A DNA stretch of 64,000 nt from Bacteroidota bacterium (GCA_026391805.1 JAPLDJ010000024.1:170014-234013), one strand, 5' to 3'; shown: positions 20,250 to 30,174, counted from the first letter of the stretch. Program-made: numbers and translations. The notes: generated by a model not told the origin, from the letters alone.

Positions 20250-20587
20250 AATGGATGGTTTTGGTTAGTAAAAGGGTTAATAATTATTCAGAAATAAACA
20301 AGGGCACATCGGATAACATCTTATTGTGTCACCCGCTATGAAATATATTGAGTTATTGTTTATGACGATCCATTATATCCAATGCAATTTTAACATAAAA
20401 TTAACAATTGTCAAACAATTTTAAGATTATTTTATAAAAAAAATCGTCCAACTTGTGAACTAATTATTTTTTTGCCATTAACCTGTTTAAGGTTAACCTT
20501 ATACAAAATCATCATCCAACGGCGAAATACATATTTCACCGGGTGTATACGGAGGATTAAGGCAGAAAAGAAGGTCTGAGTTAAAAA

Positions 20588-21010
20588 TTACCGCATTTTT
20601 CTCAGGAAAAACCCGAATGCAAGGATGAGGAATATATAAACTGCAGTGGTCAACGGTGAGATCCTGGACGAGAACAACTGGTAAACGGCAATGATTAGTG
20701 TTGAAACACCGAAAAGGAAATAACCTTTCTTTTTCAGTTTCCATATGAGAAGGGTCCCTGTGAAAGAAAGGGCATGAAAAAGAAATCCGCCGAAGATGTA
20801 AAAAAAAATACCTGTCCGGGTCATCGGATTCTCGGGGGTATAGCGTAAGACCATCCAGGTGATGCTCCCGCTGTAGAACAGGGCCGCCAGAAAAATCAGT
20901 GAGATCAGCCCAAAGAAGATATAGGAGAACAGGCAGAGTAAGGTAAGCAGGAATGGCCTGGGAGGAAAAGATTCCGGGATATGCGCCTGCACGGGAGTTT
21001 GTTCTTCCAT
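20588..21010 (-). CDS. Hypothetical 4-TM membrane protein (tandem paralog 2)
   Basis: 140-aa hydrophobic ORF. Its architecture and N-terminus (PRPFLLTLLCLFSYIF) resemble those of the upstream neighbour. Confidence 0.55.
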   Translation of the reverse strand: MEEQTPVQAHIPESFPPRPFLLTLLCLFSYIFFGLISLIFLAALFYSGSITWMVLRYTPENPMTRTGIFFYIFGGFLFHALSFTGTLLIWKLKKKGYFLFGVSTLIIAVYQLFSSRISPLTTAVYIFLILAFGFFLRKMR

Positions 21011-21011
21011 T

Positions 21012-21455
21012 TTATGTCATTTTTTTCAGGTTCGAGCCATAGAGCAACACGAATACTCCGGAAAGCAGGATATTCAGAATGTCAGGGTTCGGAAACCGGA
21101 AAAAATACATCGGCACGATGATCAGCAGGATCTGTGCTACCGTATAAATATGAAAGCCAAGTTTCCGTAAGCGCCACATCTGGACTGCCCCCGCGATCGA
21201 CAAAAGGGAGATCCCCGCCATCCATGCAAAGAAGGCAGGGCTGGTATTTACAAACATTTCAGCAATACCCGGCTGCTTCCAGATCTTTGAAATCTCGGGA
21301 GCGGCTGCCTTCACCTCATCATATAAAAGAAATGTCATCAGGCTGGAGAAAAAATAGATCCCGCCGCCGATGAAGGTCAGGATGCACAGAACTGTCAGCA
21401 GGTTCGGGCGCCTGGCCGGGTTTTCCGCCGGTGACTGTAGATGCTGTTCTTCCAT
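21012..21455 (-). CDS. Hypothetical 4-TM membrane protein (tandem paralog 1)
   Basis: 147-aa hydrophobic ORF (RRPNLLTVLCILTFIGGGIYF...). It is separated from the next gene by 1 nt. Confidence 0.55.
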   Translation of the reverse strand: MEEQHLQSPAENPARRPNLLTVLCILTFIGGGIYFFSSLMTFLLYDEVKAAAPEISKIWKQPGIAEMFVNTSPAFFAWMAGISLLSIAGAVQMWRLRKLGFHIYTVAQILLIIVPMYFFRFPNPDILNILLSGVFVLLYGSNLKKMT

Positions 21456-21482
21456 GCGCCTTCAGGTTAAGAAGATGACGAT

Positions 21483-23006
21483 TTATTCAAGGCTTCCCAC
21501 AACTTTTTCAACCTCGTTGAGGATCTCGCAGGATTTTACAAGTTCTTTCATGGCGTTATGGTCGGGATAAAGCGGCCGGTCAACCTCAAGGAAGGCGACA
21601 TACTTACGGATGATTTCACGTGCCTTGTTTACACCTGCACCGAATGTATACTCCCTGAAATCGAGGGCCTGTGCGGCGGCCATGAGTTCAATGCCGAGAA
21701 TGCCATAGGCATTATCGAGGATCTGGAAGTTCTTCAGGGCGGTGTTCATCCCCATGGAGACAAAATCTTCCTGGTCGGCTGCAGCCGGGATCGACTGAAT
21801 TGAGGCCGGCATTGAAAGGATACGCTGCTCGACGATCTGCATATCGGCCGTATATTGGCTCAGCATCAGTCCGCTGAACATGCCGGCACCCTTCGTAAGG
21901 AAAGCAGGCAAGCCTACGCTGAGGGCAGGGTTGTTCAGCCGGTTCATTCTCCGTTCCGACATTACGCTGACCATGGTAACTACCATTCCTGCCATGTCCA
22001 TCGGCACAGAAACCGGAGATCCCTGGAAGTTGGCCCCGGAAATCTGAAGGTTCTCTTCCGGGAAAAAGATCGGATTATCCCCGACACCGTTCAATTCGAT
22101 CTCCACCTGCGAGCGCGCATAGGCAAGCGCATCATGGGCGGCGCCGATCACCTGCGGGGTCGAACGCATCGAATAGGCATCCTGCACCTTGCATTTTACT
22201 TTTCGCTCTTCAAGATCTCCTCCTTTCACACACTTCATGATGGAGGCTGCACTGCGCACGGCTCCCCTGAATCCGCGGACCTCATGCAATTTCGGAAGGT
22301 AGGGACGCATGTTGGCTTTCATGGCTTCCAGTGACATGGCTGCCGCAATCTCTGCCTGTTTCATCCAGTTGTTTGCATCATACAGGAAAAGGGCGCTCAT
22401 GGCCGTCAGGACGTTCGAACCGTTGATGGTCGCAAGTCCGTCGCGGGCCATCAGCCCCGGAACCGGGATACCTGCAAGATCAAGGGCTTCTTTCCCCGTG
22501 TATCTTTTACCCTTGTAGTAAGCCTCTCCTTCTCCCATCATCAGCAGGGCGATCTGCGACATTGGCGCAAGGTCGCCGCAGGCGCCAACAGATCCTTTCT
22601 GGCAAACAACCGGCGTTACACCCTTGTTGAGCATCTCCACAAGCGTCTGCGTGATCTCCAGGCGGGAACCTGAATTTCCGTGTGCATGAACATTAATACG
22701 GCCAAGCATGGCGCCGCGCACCCAGTCGATGGGCATCGGATCGCCGATCCCGGCGGCATGGTTATAAATAAGGTACTTCTGAAAATCCTTTACCTGGTCG
22801 TCGTTGAGCACCACCTCCGAGAACTCACCGATACCGGTGTTCACCCCGTACATGATCTCATGCGCTTCGATTTTCCTTTCAAGCATCGCACGGCACTTGT
22901 TGATCCGCTCAACGGCCTGCGGGTCGAGTTCGACCTTTTCATTTCCGCGGGCGACGCGTACAACATCTTCGATGGTCAGTCCCGCTCCTTTAATAATAAG
23001 TGTCAT
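21483..23006 (-). CDS. hutH: Histidine ammonia-lyase family (MIO-dependent aromatic amino-acid lyase) with an Ala-Cys-Gly triad
   Basis: 507-aa ORF with lyase-family motifs: YGVNTGIGEF, NHAAGIG, GSVGACGDLAPMS, NGSNV, QDAYSMR, and DQEDFVSMG near the C-terminus. Confidence 0.85.
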   Translation of the reverse strand: MTLIIKGAGLTIEDVVRVARGNEKVELDPQAVERINKCRAMLERKIEAHEIMYGVNTGIGEFSEVVLNDDQVKDFQKYLIYNHAAGIGDPMPIDWVRGAMLGRINVHAHGNSGSRLEITQTLVEMLNKGVTPVVCQKGSVGACGDLAPMSQIALLMMGEGEAYYKGKRYTGKEALDLAGIPVPGLMARDGLATINGSNVLTAMSALFLYDANNWMKQAEIAAAMSLEAMKANMRPYLPKLHEVRGFRGAVRSAASIMKCVKGGDLEERKVKCKVQDAYSMRSTPQVIGAAHDALAYARSQVEIELNGVGDNPIFFPEENLQISGANFQGSPVSVPMDMAGMVVTMVSVMSERRMNRLNNPALSVGLPAFLTKGAGMFSGLMLSQYTADMQIVEQRILSMPASIQSIPAAADQEDFVSMGMNTALKNFQILDNAYGILGIELMAAAQALDFREYTFGAGVNKAREIIRKYVAFLEVDRPLYPDHNAMKELVKSCEILNEVEKVVGSLE

Positions 23007-23073
23007 ATAAGTCTATTTTGTTGGTTTTTATCGTTTGGCGCTTAGCGCTCAGCGCATCTTTGACCAAAATATA

Positions 23074-24537
23074 TCAGCGAACGAGCCCTATCAACCCTTC
23101 AGCCGATACCTCCTTCTGTTCTCCCGTATTCATATCTTTCAGTGTCAGCAAACCCGAGTTCATCTCTTTTTCGCCGGCAAGCACCACGTATGGGATGTTT
23201 TTTTTGTTGGCATAATCCAGTTGCTTTTTCAGTTTGGCAGCTTCCGGGTAGATCTCGGCCGGAATGCCTGATCGCCGTACTTTTGCCAGCACCGGAAGAC
23301 AATATTTTTCTTCTTTTTCCCCGAAATTAATAAAGAGGACTTTTGTTGTGGACTGGATGGTTTCCGGGAAAAGGTTCAGTTCATTCATTACATCATAGAT
23401 CCGGTCGGCTCCGAAGGAGATACCGACGCCCGAAACACCCTTCAGTCCAAAGATCCCGGTAAGGTCATCGTACCTGCCACCGCCGCAGATGCTGCCGATC
23501 GGGACATCCTTCGCCTTTACCTCGATGATGGTGCCGGTGTAGTAATTCAGTCCGCGGGCCAGTGAAATGTCGAACTCAACAGAATCTGTCAGGCTAAGAT
23601 CGTTCAGATAGGCATAAATCATTCCCATTTCACCGATGCCTTTCATCCCAATTTGTGAACCGGAAAGATTTTCCTTCAGGAAGGGGAGTATTATGTTGAT
23701 ATGAGTTTCTGATGCAAAATTGAGGAAGGGCAGCAGCGATTCAATCGCATGTTCAGTAAATCCCTTCTGGCGCAATTCGTTCATAACAGCATCAAATCCT
23801 GCTTTATCGATTTTGTCGAGCGAGATGGTCAGATCGGTTAACCGGTTGGGTTCACCGATAACTTCTGCAATACCGGCAAGGATCTTCCGGTTGTTCAGCT
23901 TAACCGTAAAGCCCACGCCCAGTTCTTTAAAAATGGCGCCGATGATCTGAACCAGTTCAACTTCGTTCAGCAGTGAATCGCTTCCGATCACATCCACATC
24001 ACACTGAAAGAACTCGCGGTAACGGCCTTTCTGCGGGCGGTCGGCCCTCCAGACAGGCTGGATCTGATATCGTTTAAATGGAAAGGTGATCTCATTCTGA
24101 TGCTGCACCACAAACCGCGCAAACGGAACCGTCAGATCATACCGCAATCCCTTCTCGGCAATAAACGGCAAAAGTTTCCGGTAATCCATCAAACCCTCTT
24201 CCTCCGCCTTCAGACCTCCGCCCTCCGACCTTTGTCCTCCATCCTCCATCCTCAATTCTCCATCCTCCGACCTCAGACCTCCGCCCTCCGGCTTCGCTTT
24301 ACTGACCCCGTCAAGAAAATTCCCCGAATTAAGGATTCTGAACAGAAGTTTGTCGCCCTCTTCACCATATTTCCCAAGCAATGTAGAAAGATTTTCCATC
24401 GCCGGGGTTTCGATCGGGAGGTAGCCGTATAGCTGGAATACCCTCCGGATGGTGTCGAAAATGAAATTCCTTTTCACCATTTCATCCGGAGAAAAATCAC
24501 GGGTACCTTTGGGAATGGAAGGTTTCTGGACTGACAT
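23074..24537 (-). CDS. hisS: Histidine--tRNA ligase with a repeat-encoded internal insertion
   Basis: 487-aa ORF with class II HisRS motifs: [46 protein letters not shown] and GGGRYDDL, plus a C-terminal anticodon-binding domain. Confidence 0.92.
   Translation of the reverse strand: MSVQKPSIPKGTRDFSPDEMVKRNFIFDTIRRVFQLYGYLPIETPAMENLSTLLGKYGEEGDKLLFRILNSGNFLDGVSKAKPEGGGLRSEDGELRMEDGGQRSEGGGLKAEEEGLMDYRKLLPFIAEKGLRYDLTVPFARFVVQHQNEITFPFKRYQIQPVWRADRPQKGRYREFFQCDVDVIGSDSLLNEVELVQIIGAIFKELGVGFTVKLNNRKILAGIAEVIGEPNRLTDLTISLDKIDKAGFDAVMNELRQKGFTEHAIESLLPFLNFASETHINIILPFLKENLSGSQIGMKGIGEMGMIYAYLNDLSLTDSVEFDISLARGLNYYTGTIIEVKAKDVPIGSICGGGRYDDLTGIFGLKGVSGVGISFGADRIYDVMNELNLFPETIQSTTKVLFINFGEKEEKYCLPVLAKVRRSGIPAEIYPEAAKLKKQLDYANKKNIPYVVLAGEKEMNSGLLTLKDMNTGEQKEVSAEGLIGLVR
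24192..24292 (-). repeat. In-frame 21-bp (3 x 7 bp) tandem repeat inside hisS, about 5 units
   Basis: The coding strand reads ggagggcggaggtctgaggtc ggaggatggagaattgaggat ggaggatggaggacaaaggtc ggagggcggaggtctgaaggc ggaggaagagggtttgatgga. This encodes [35 protein letters not shown]. Confidence 0.85.
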
Positions 24538-24595
24538 TCAGGAATTTTTGTACAAATATATGAATAATCGGGGAACGCAAACCCGGTGTTGCCGG

Positions 24596-26275
24596 TCAGT
24601 CAGCCTTCAGCTTCTTGTATTTGATCCTGTGGGGTTCTTCATCCCCAAGCCGTTTCTTCCGGTTCTCTTCATATTCGGAATATCCGCCTTCAAAGAAATA
24701 GACCTGCGAATCACCTTCAAAGGCCAGGATATGCGTTGCCACACGGTCAAGGAACCAGCGGTCGTGCGAGATGATGACCGCGCAGCCTGCAAAGCTTTCG
24801 AGACCTTCTTCCAGCGCCCGTAAGGTATTTACGTCGATGTCGTTGGTCGGTTCGTCGAGTAGTAGCACATTGGCTTCTTCTTTCAGGGTCAGTGCCAGGT
24901 GAAGCCGGTTTCGCTCCCCGCCCGAGAGCACCCCGCATTTCTTTTCCTGGTCGGCGCCGGTAAAATTGAACCTGGCCACGTACGCCCGGGCATTCATGGA
25001 TCGTCCGCCGAGCAGTATCACTTCGCTGTTGTCTGAAATGACCTGGTAAACCGATTTTTCAGGGTCGATGGCGGTATGGCTCTGGTCTACGTAACCGATC
25101 TTCACAGTTTCGCCGACGTTGAACGACCCGGAATCCGGTTTTTCCGATCCGATGATCAGCCTGAAGAGGGTTGTTTTTCCTGCTCCGTTAGGACCGATAA
25201 TTCCAACGATCCCGGCCGGAGGAAGAGAAAATTCAAGGTTTTCAAAAAGAAGTTGTTCCCCAAATGATTTTGACACTGATAATGCATCGATCACCTTGTT
25301 TCCCAGCCGCGGGCCATTCGGGATGTACAGTTCAAGCCGGTCTTCCTTCTGTTTGACATCTTCGTTCAGCAACCGCTCATAGTTGGCCAGCCTCGCTTTT
25401 CCTTTTGCCTGGCGGGCTTTGGGCGACATTCTGACCCATTCGAGTTCCCGCTCCAGGGTTTTACGGCGCTTGCTTTCCGATTTTTCCTCCATCGCGAGCC
25501 GGTTCGATTTCTGCTCCAGCCAGGAGGAGTAATTTCCCTGCCAGGGAATGCCTTCCCCGCGGTCCAGTTCCAGGATCCAGCCTGCAACATTATCGAGGAA
25601 ATAGCGGTCGTGGGTGATTGCGATCACCGTGCCCTTGTATTGCTGGAGGTGTTGCTCCAGCCATTGAACCGATTCAGCATCAAGGTGGTTGGTAGGCTCG
25701 TCAAGCAGCAGGATATCCGGCTCTTTCAGCAGGAGGCGGCACAGTGCGACCCTTCTTTTTTCTCCTCCCGAGAGGACATCCACCGGCCGGTCGCCTTCCG
25801 GGCAGCGCAGGGCATCCATGGCCCGTTGCAGCCGGCTGTCGAGATCCCATGCATTGTGATGATCGAGCAGCTCGGTCAGTTCACCCTGCCGCTGGATCAG
25901 CTTATCCATCTCTTCATCGGTAATCGGTTCCCCGAACCGGGCATTCACCTGCTCATACTCCTGCAGCAGGTCAACCACTTCCTGAACTCCTTCTTTTACA
26001 ATTTCTATCACCGTCTTGGTCTCATCCACCAGCGGATCCTGTTCCAGCATGCCGATGCTGTATCCGGGAGAAAAGACAACGTCGCCCTGGAAGGATTTTT
26101 CCGTACCGGCGATGATCTTCAGCAAGGTCGATTTTCCCGATCCGTTAAGGCCGATGATCCCGATCTTGGCGCCATAAAAAAAGGAAAGATAGATGTCTTT
26201 TAATACCTGCTTGTGGGGCGGGAATGTCTTGCTGACATTCACCATCGAAAAAATGATCTTCCTGTCGTCAGCCAT
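24596..26275 (-). CDS. ettA: ABC-F ATPase, energy-dependent translational throttle EttA-like
   Basis: 559-aa ORF with two ABC cassettes: GLNGSGKST / LSGGEKRRV / LLLDEPTNHLD and GPNGAGKTT / LSGGERNRL / LLLDEPTNDID. No TM domain. Length and N-terminus are typical of EttA. Confidence 0.88.
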   Translation of the reverse strand: MADDRKIIFSMVNVSKTFPPHKQVLKDIYLSFFYGAKIGIIGLNGSGKSTLLKIIAGTEKSFQGDVVFSPGYSIGMLEQDPLVDETKTVIEIVKEGVQEVVDLLQEYEQVNARFGEPITDEEMDKLIQRQGELTELLDHHNAWDLDSRLQRAMDALRCPEGDRPVDVLSGGEKRRVALCRLLLKEPDILLLDEPTNHLDAESVQWLEQHLQQYKGTVIAITHDRYFLDNVAGWILELDRGEGIPWQGNYSSWLEQKSNRLAMEEKSESKRRKTLERELEWVRMSPKARQAKGKARLANYERLLNEDVKQKEDRLELYIPNGPRLGNKVIDALSVSKSFGEQLLFENLEFSLPPAGIVGIIGPNGAGKTTLFRLIIGSEKPDSGSFNVGETVKIGYVDQSHTAIDPEKSVYQVISDNSEVILLGGRSMNARAYVARFNFTGADQEKKCGVLSGGERNRLHLALTLKEEANVLLLDEPTNDIDVNTLRALEEGLESFAGCAVIISHDRWFLDRVATHILAFEGDSQVYFFEGGYSEYEENRKKRLGDEEPHRIKYKKLKAD

Positions 26276-26283
26276 AAATTATC

Positions 26284-26323
26284 AAATGGTAAAATGGTAA
26301 GATTGTAAAATTGTAATATTGGA
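26284..26323. repeat. Drifting 8-bp tandem repeat, 5 units
   Basis: The units read aaatggta aaatggta agattgta aaattgta atattgga. They lie between the ettA start and the stop of the glycosyltransferase gene. Confidence 0.8.
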
Positions 26324-27487
26324 TCAATGGGTTTGAAACAGTTTCTCGATTTTATCGGTTTCTGCCTCCCAGCTGAAGTTGCTTAGTATATATTCATAAC
26401 CTGTCCGTGCGATCTTCTTTGCTTTCTCAGGATTATCAAGAAGGAAAAGGATGTGTTGTGCATACGCTTCCGGGGTCTCGGCGATCAGGATCTCTTCATT
26501 CTCCTTTGCTTCCAGCGCCTGATTGGCAAGGGAAGAGGTAATGCATGGGATCTGCATCGCCATGGCCTCCAGCAGCTTGTTCTGCAACCCTGTTCCGATC
26601 TGCATCGGGGCGATGAAGATCTTTGCCTTTGCATAGCATTTTCGCATGTCGGGCACCCACCCGCTCACCTCGACCCGGTCGGATTTCAGAACCGATACGC
26701 GGATGTGAGGATTGGCCCCGGCAATCAGAACATTGATTCCCGGCTTCTGCTTTTGCACCAGCGGCAGGATCTTATGAACAAGATACTCTGCAGCATTGAT
26801 GTTGGGCGGATATCCCATGTTGCCGGTAAAGACGAGATCATATTCTTTATCTTCCGGCTGGGGCGAAAAAAAGGTTGTATCTACGCCGTTCCTGACAACG
26901 ACGATCTGCTCCCTGTCGGGATGCGGGATCAGGTCGCGGTCGGGAGCCGAAATGATGATCTTGTTGTCGAACATTTCAAATACGTCATGCTCATAACGGA
27001 GCAGCCGGCGGTATTCCATTTTCAGGAAGGGTTTCATGTAGAATGGTGAGGTCTCCAGCCTTCGCTCCACATTCTTCGAAAAAACATCCTGGTAATCGAG
27101 GGTTTTCGGGATCGGAACACCACGCATATACTCAGCGACCCTGATCAGCTGGCAGAAGATATGATCGGGTTTGTGTTTTTCGATCAGCGAACGGATGATG
27201 CCGTCGGTTTTTTTATTGTAGAAATAGCCAACCTGTAAAGGTTTATCGGAGAATAAGGTCTGTACAAGATGAAAATAGATGGAGATCTTCGACATCGGGA
27301 GGATGTACACGCTCTTAGCATACTTTGAAAGCACCTCCACGGCATCTTCATGCAGAAATGAATCATTCAGCGCACATAAAATGACCTCATGCCTGCGCGA
27401 CAGTTGCTTCAGCTGGTTGAACGCCCTTAGTTTATCCCCTTTTTCAGTAGGGTAGGGTACGCGTGGAAGGAGAAAAAACAGTTTCAT
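26324..27487 (-). CDS. Glycosyltransferase, GT4-like (GT-B fold)
   Basis: I placed the start at the ATG at 27487 (MKLFFLLPRVPYP...). The C-terminal half has the GT4 pattern (FTGNMGYPPN...GTGLQNKLLEAMAMQIPCI). Confidence 0.8.
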   Translation of the reverse strand: MKLFFLLPRVPYPTEKGDKLRAFNQLKQLSRRHEVILCALNDSFLHEDAVEVLSKYAKSVYILPMSKISIYFHLVQTLFSDKPLQVGYFYNKKTDGIIRSLIEKHKPDHIFCQLIRVAEYMRGVPIPKTLDYQDVFSKNVERRLETSPFYMKPFLKMEYRRLLRYEHDVFEMFDNKIIISAPDRDLIPHPDREQIVVVRNGVDTTFFSPQPEDKEYDLVFTGNMGYPPNINAAEYLVHKILPLVQKQKPGINVLIAGANPHIRVSVLKSDRVEVSGWVPDMRKCYAKAKIFIAPMQIGTGLQNKLLEAMAMQIPCITSSLANQALEAKENEEILIAETPEAYAQHILFLLDNPEKAKKIARTGYEYILSNFSWEAETDKIEKLFQTH

Positions 27488-27526
27488 GAAAAGAGGTTGG
27501 GAAAGCAAAAATAAAAAAATCCCGCA

Positions 27527-28738
27527 TCATCTCCCGATTTTTTGATAAAAACCAAGGAGTTTCGAAATGATAGAATCCCGGTTGTACTCCTCCAGGATGA
27601 GTTTCCGTGCGTTCCGACCCACCGATTCACAAAGCTTTTTATCTTCAACACACGCAGAAATGGAGCGGATGAACGCTTCCGTGTCATCCGCAATAAAAAT
27701 GTCCTTTCCGTGGGAACAGCGGATCCCTTCCGCCCCGATGGCGGTGGAAACGATGGTTTTCCCGGCGGCCATCCCCTCGATGATCTTGATCCGGATCCCG
27801 CTTCCTGAAAAAAGCGGCACAACCAGGATGGCCTTCGTCCGCATGAAGGCGAGCGCGTCGTCCACTTCACCGGCCACTTCAACCCCGGGGTATCCTTTCT
27901 CCTTCAGCCACTGCGGCATATGGCGCCCGGCGAGGGTGTACCGCAACAAAGGAAACCTGGAATGAAGCTCAGGCCAGACCTTCTCCAGGAACCAGCAGAT
28001 CCCTTCGAGGTTGGGGATCCAGTCCATCGCGCCGATCGAGAAGAGGGAAGGGAATTCAGGCTCTTCCTTTGTTTCCGGAAAACATTCAGGATCAATTCCG
28101 AAAGGGATCGAGATGACAGGCGGATGATCTTTTTCCATCCCTGCAAGCGAACGGAAGAACGTTGCATCTTTTTCTGTAATGGCGGCAATGCCGTCAAAAT
28201 TCCGTACTACGGAACATTCATAATTTTTCAACGTCCTTACAAGATGGCGCAGGTAAATGCGTTTCAACGGATTTTTTGTGGTATCGGCAATTCTCTTCCA
28301 GATCAGGTGTTCGATGTTATGGGTGCGCAGGACAATTTTTGCGGCGGAGTATTTCCTGACAACATCAAGGTAAGGACTCATGAAAAGCATTTCGAATTGC
28401 ACCACATCGAATTTTTCCGACTGCAGGATCCGGATCAGCGCCTGTTCCATGTCACCGGAGATGAATCGTTCCACATGGTAGGATCGGCTGGAGAAGAGGT
28501 TCAGGAACGCTCCGAGGGGTTTTATGCTGAGATCGACATCGACCAGTTCGATCCCTGTTTTTTTCCTGTATTCTGAGGGGATAGAATCAATATCAACCTT
28601 GTATTTATTCGAATTTATGGCGAGCACTTTAACGGTATGCCCCGCCCGGATCAGCCCTTCCAGGATCATGTTCATGGCGATCGGCCCGCCTTCCCTTGCC
28701 GGAAACGGTGATTTGTTGCAAAGGAGAAGGATCTTCAT
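27527..28738 (-). CDS. Glycosyltransferase, GT4/GT1-like
   Basis: I placed the start at the ATG at 28738 (MKILLLCNKSPFPAREGGP...). This ATG forms an ATGA overlap with the stop of the upstream permease gene. The C-terminus reads SGSGIRIKIIEGMAAGKTIVST. Confidence 0.8.
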   Translation of the reverse strand: MKILLLCNKSPFPAREGGPIAMNMILEGLIRAGHTVKVLAINSNKYKVDIDSIPSEYRKKTGIELVDVDLSIKPLGAFLNLFSSRSYHVERFISGDMEQALIRILQSEKFDVVQFEMLFMSPYLDVVRKYSAAKIVLRTHNIEHLIWKRIADTTKNPLKRIYLRHLVRTLKNYECSVVRNFDGIAAITEKDATFFRSLAGMEKDHPPVISIPFGIDPECFPETKEEPEFPSLFSIGAMDWIPNLEGICWFLEKVWPELHSRFPLLRYTLAGRHMPQWLKEKGYPGVEVAGEVDDALAFMRTKAILVVPLFSGSGIRIKIIEGMAAGKTIVSTAIGAEGIRCSHGKDIFIADDTEAFIRSISACVEDKKLCESVGRNARKLILEEYNRDSIISKLLGFYQKIGR

Positions 28739-30174
28739 ACGCGTTTTTTTCGTGCAAATGACCTCAGGTTCGTGATGATCTTGATCCATGCATCCACATC
28801 CAGCAGCGATGCATCCACTGTAGCCTTGTAAGTAAGAAAGATCCCGATCGGCAGAAGCACGGCAGGAGCGATCCACATTCCCTGCATGGCGGTGAGCACC
28901 CCTTCCACAGCATATTTTTCACCGGAAATGGATAGGATCCAGAATAATATAAAGAAGATGGTTGAAATAACTGCCGGAAGACCCAGGCCTCCTTTCCGGA
29001 TGATCGCCCCAAGCGGGGCGCCGATGAAAAAGAGGAGAAAACAGGCGATCGAAAAGGTGTATTTTTTATGAATGGCGATCTGGTGCTTATGAAGCAGTTT
29101 CTCCTTTTCGTAGAAATTTTCCTCGTTGGCTTTCAGATTTTCATTGACTGCATACGATGCATTTTTCGCTGAATTAAGGATCCATTCACGGTCTTTGCGC
29201 GCAAATGTGGCCATGAGGCTTTTTATCGGCTTTCCTTTCGGAACAGTCAGGAGATCCTTTTTAATGGTGTCGATGGTAGAAAGAAAATAATAATTGCGCA
29301 TGAAGGCTTTTGAGAAATCCATCTGCTGCCCGATGGTCTCTTTCCGGATTGAATCAACCGCCCTGCTCAGCTGGCTGATGTTCAGCATCTCGAAATTGCT
29401 TTTAAACAGCTTTTCATCCGTGCGTGTCAGTTGGAATGTAGAAAGGTCAAACTGCTGGTATTGCTCATTGAATTTTGTCCGCTGGAAAGGATGGGTGACA
29501 CCACTGCCCCTGAGGTCGGTACGTTCTTCATAGTTCATGCCATTGTAAAGCCGGAAAATCAGGAACCGTTTATCGGGCGTCAGCTCCATCTTTCCCCACT
29601 CGGCCATGGTCAGGGAGATGTTTCCCTGGTGTTTTGAATGATCGTAGATCATCACATCCCGGATGGTATTGCCATCGGGATCCTTTTTCCCCACCCGGAT
29701 CACATACCCGTCGATACCATTATAAAAGACACCTTCCTTGATGTTGAAGGCAAGTTTTTTCGAACGGACATCATAGAGCAACGAAAGAAATTTCAGGTTG
29801 GCTGTTGGCAGTACCACATTGGCAAAGTAAAAGCCCAGCAGGCTGATCAGGATGGAGACGATCACCAGCTGTTTCATGATCCGCCTCAGTGATATCCCTG
29901 CCGACTTCATGGCGACCAGCTCGTAATGTTCACCCATGTTCCCGAACATCATCAGCGACGAAAGCAGGATGGCAAGGGGAAGTGCATAGGGCACAAACGT
30001 GGAGGAGGCATAAAACAAGAGCTTTGCAATGATGAACCACTCCAGTCCTTTCCCCACCAGGTCATCAATGTATTTCCAGAGGAACTGCATTAAAAGGATG
30101 AACAGGGCGATGAAAAAGGTCATGACCAGGGGGCCGAGGTAAGACTTCAGGATGAACCAATCGAGCTTTTTCAT
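28735..30174 (-). CDS. LptF/LptG-family (YjgP/YjgQ) permease
   Basis: 479-aa ORF. The N-terminus (MKKLDWFILKSYLGPLVMTFFIALFILLMQFLW) and six-TM layout with a large periplasmic loop are typical of LptF/G. Confidence 0.8.
   Translation of the reverse strand: MKKLDWFILKSYLGPLVMTFFIALFILLMQFLWKYIDDLVGKGLEWFIIAKLLFYASSTFVPYALPLAILLSSLMMFGNMGEHYELVAMKSAGISLRRIMKQLVIVSILISLLGFYFANVVLPTANLKFLSLLYDVRSKKLAFNIKEGVFYNGIDGYVIRVGKKDPDGNTIRDVMIYDHSKHQGNISLTMAEWGKMELTPDKRFLIFRLYNGMNYEERTDLRGSGVTHPFQRTKFNEQYQQFDLSTFQLTRTDEKLFKSNFEMLNISQLSRAVDSIRKETIGQQMDFSKAFMRNYYFLSTIDTIKKDLLTVPKGKPIKSLMATFARKDREWILNSAKNASYAVNENLKANEENFYEKEKLLHKHQIAIHKKYTFSIACFLLFFIGAPLGAIIRKGGLGLPAVISTIFFILFWILSISGEKYAVEGVLTAMQGMWIAPAVLLPIGIFLTYKATVDASLLDVDAWIKIITNLRSFARKKRV

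Noticed and set aside
20250-20587. 338-bp AT-rich spacer upstream of susC containing ORF 20499..20744 and a TTAACC-n7-GGTTAA palindrome
   Set aside because: The ORF overlaps the downstream membrane-protein gene and has no support. I could not find a convincing TTTG/TAnnTTTG promoter or any known regulator site. It is left unannotated rather than guessed.
21483-23006. Assigning the HAL homolog to a histidine-utilisation (hut) operon
   Set aside because: No hutU, hutI or hutG/F lies adjacent. The gene is therefore annotated by family only, with the substrate inferred weakly from the NH motif.
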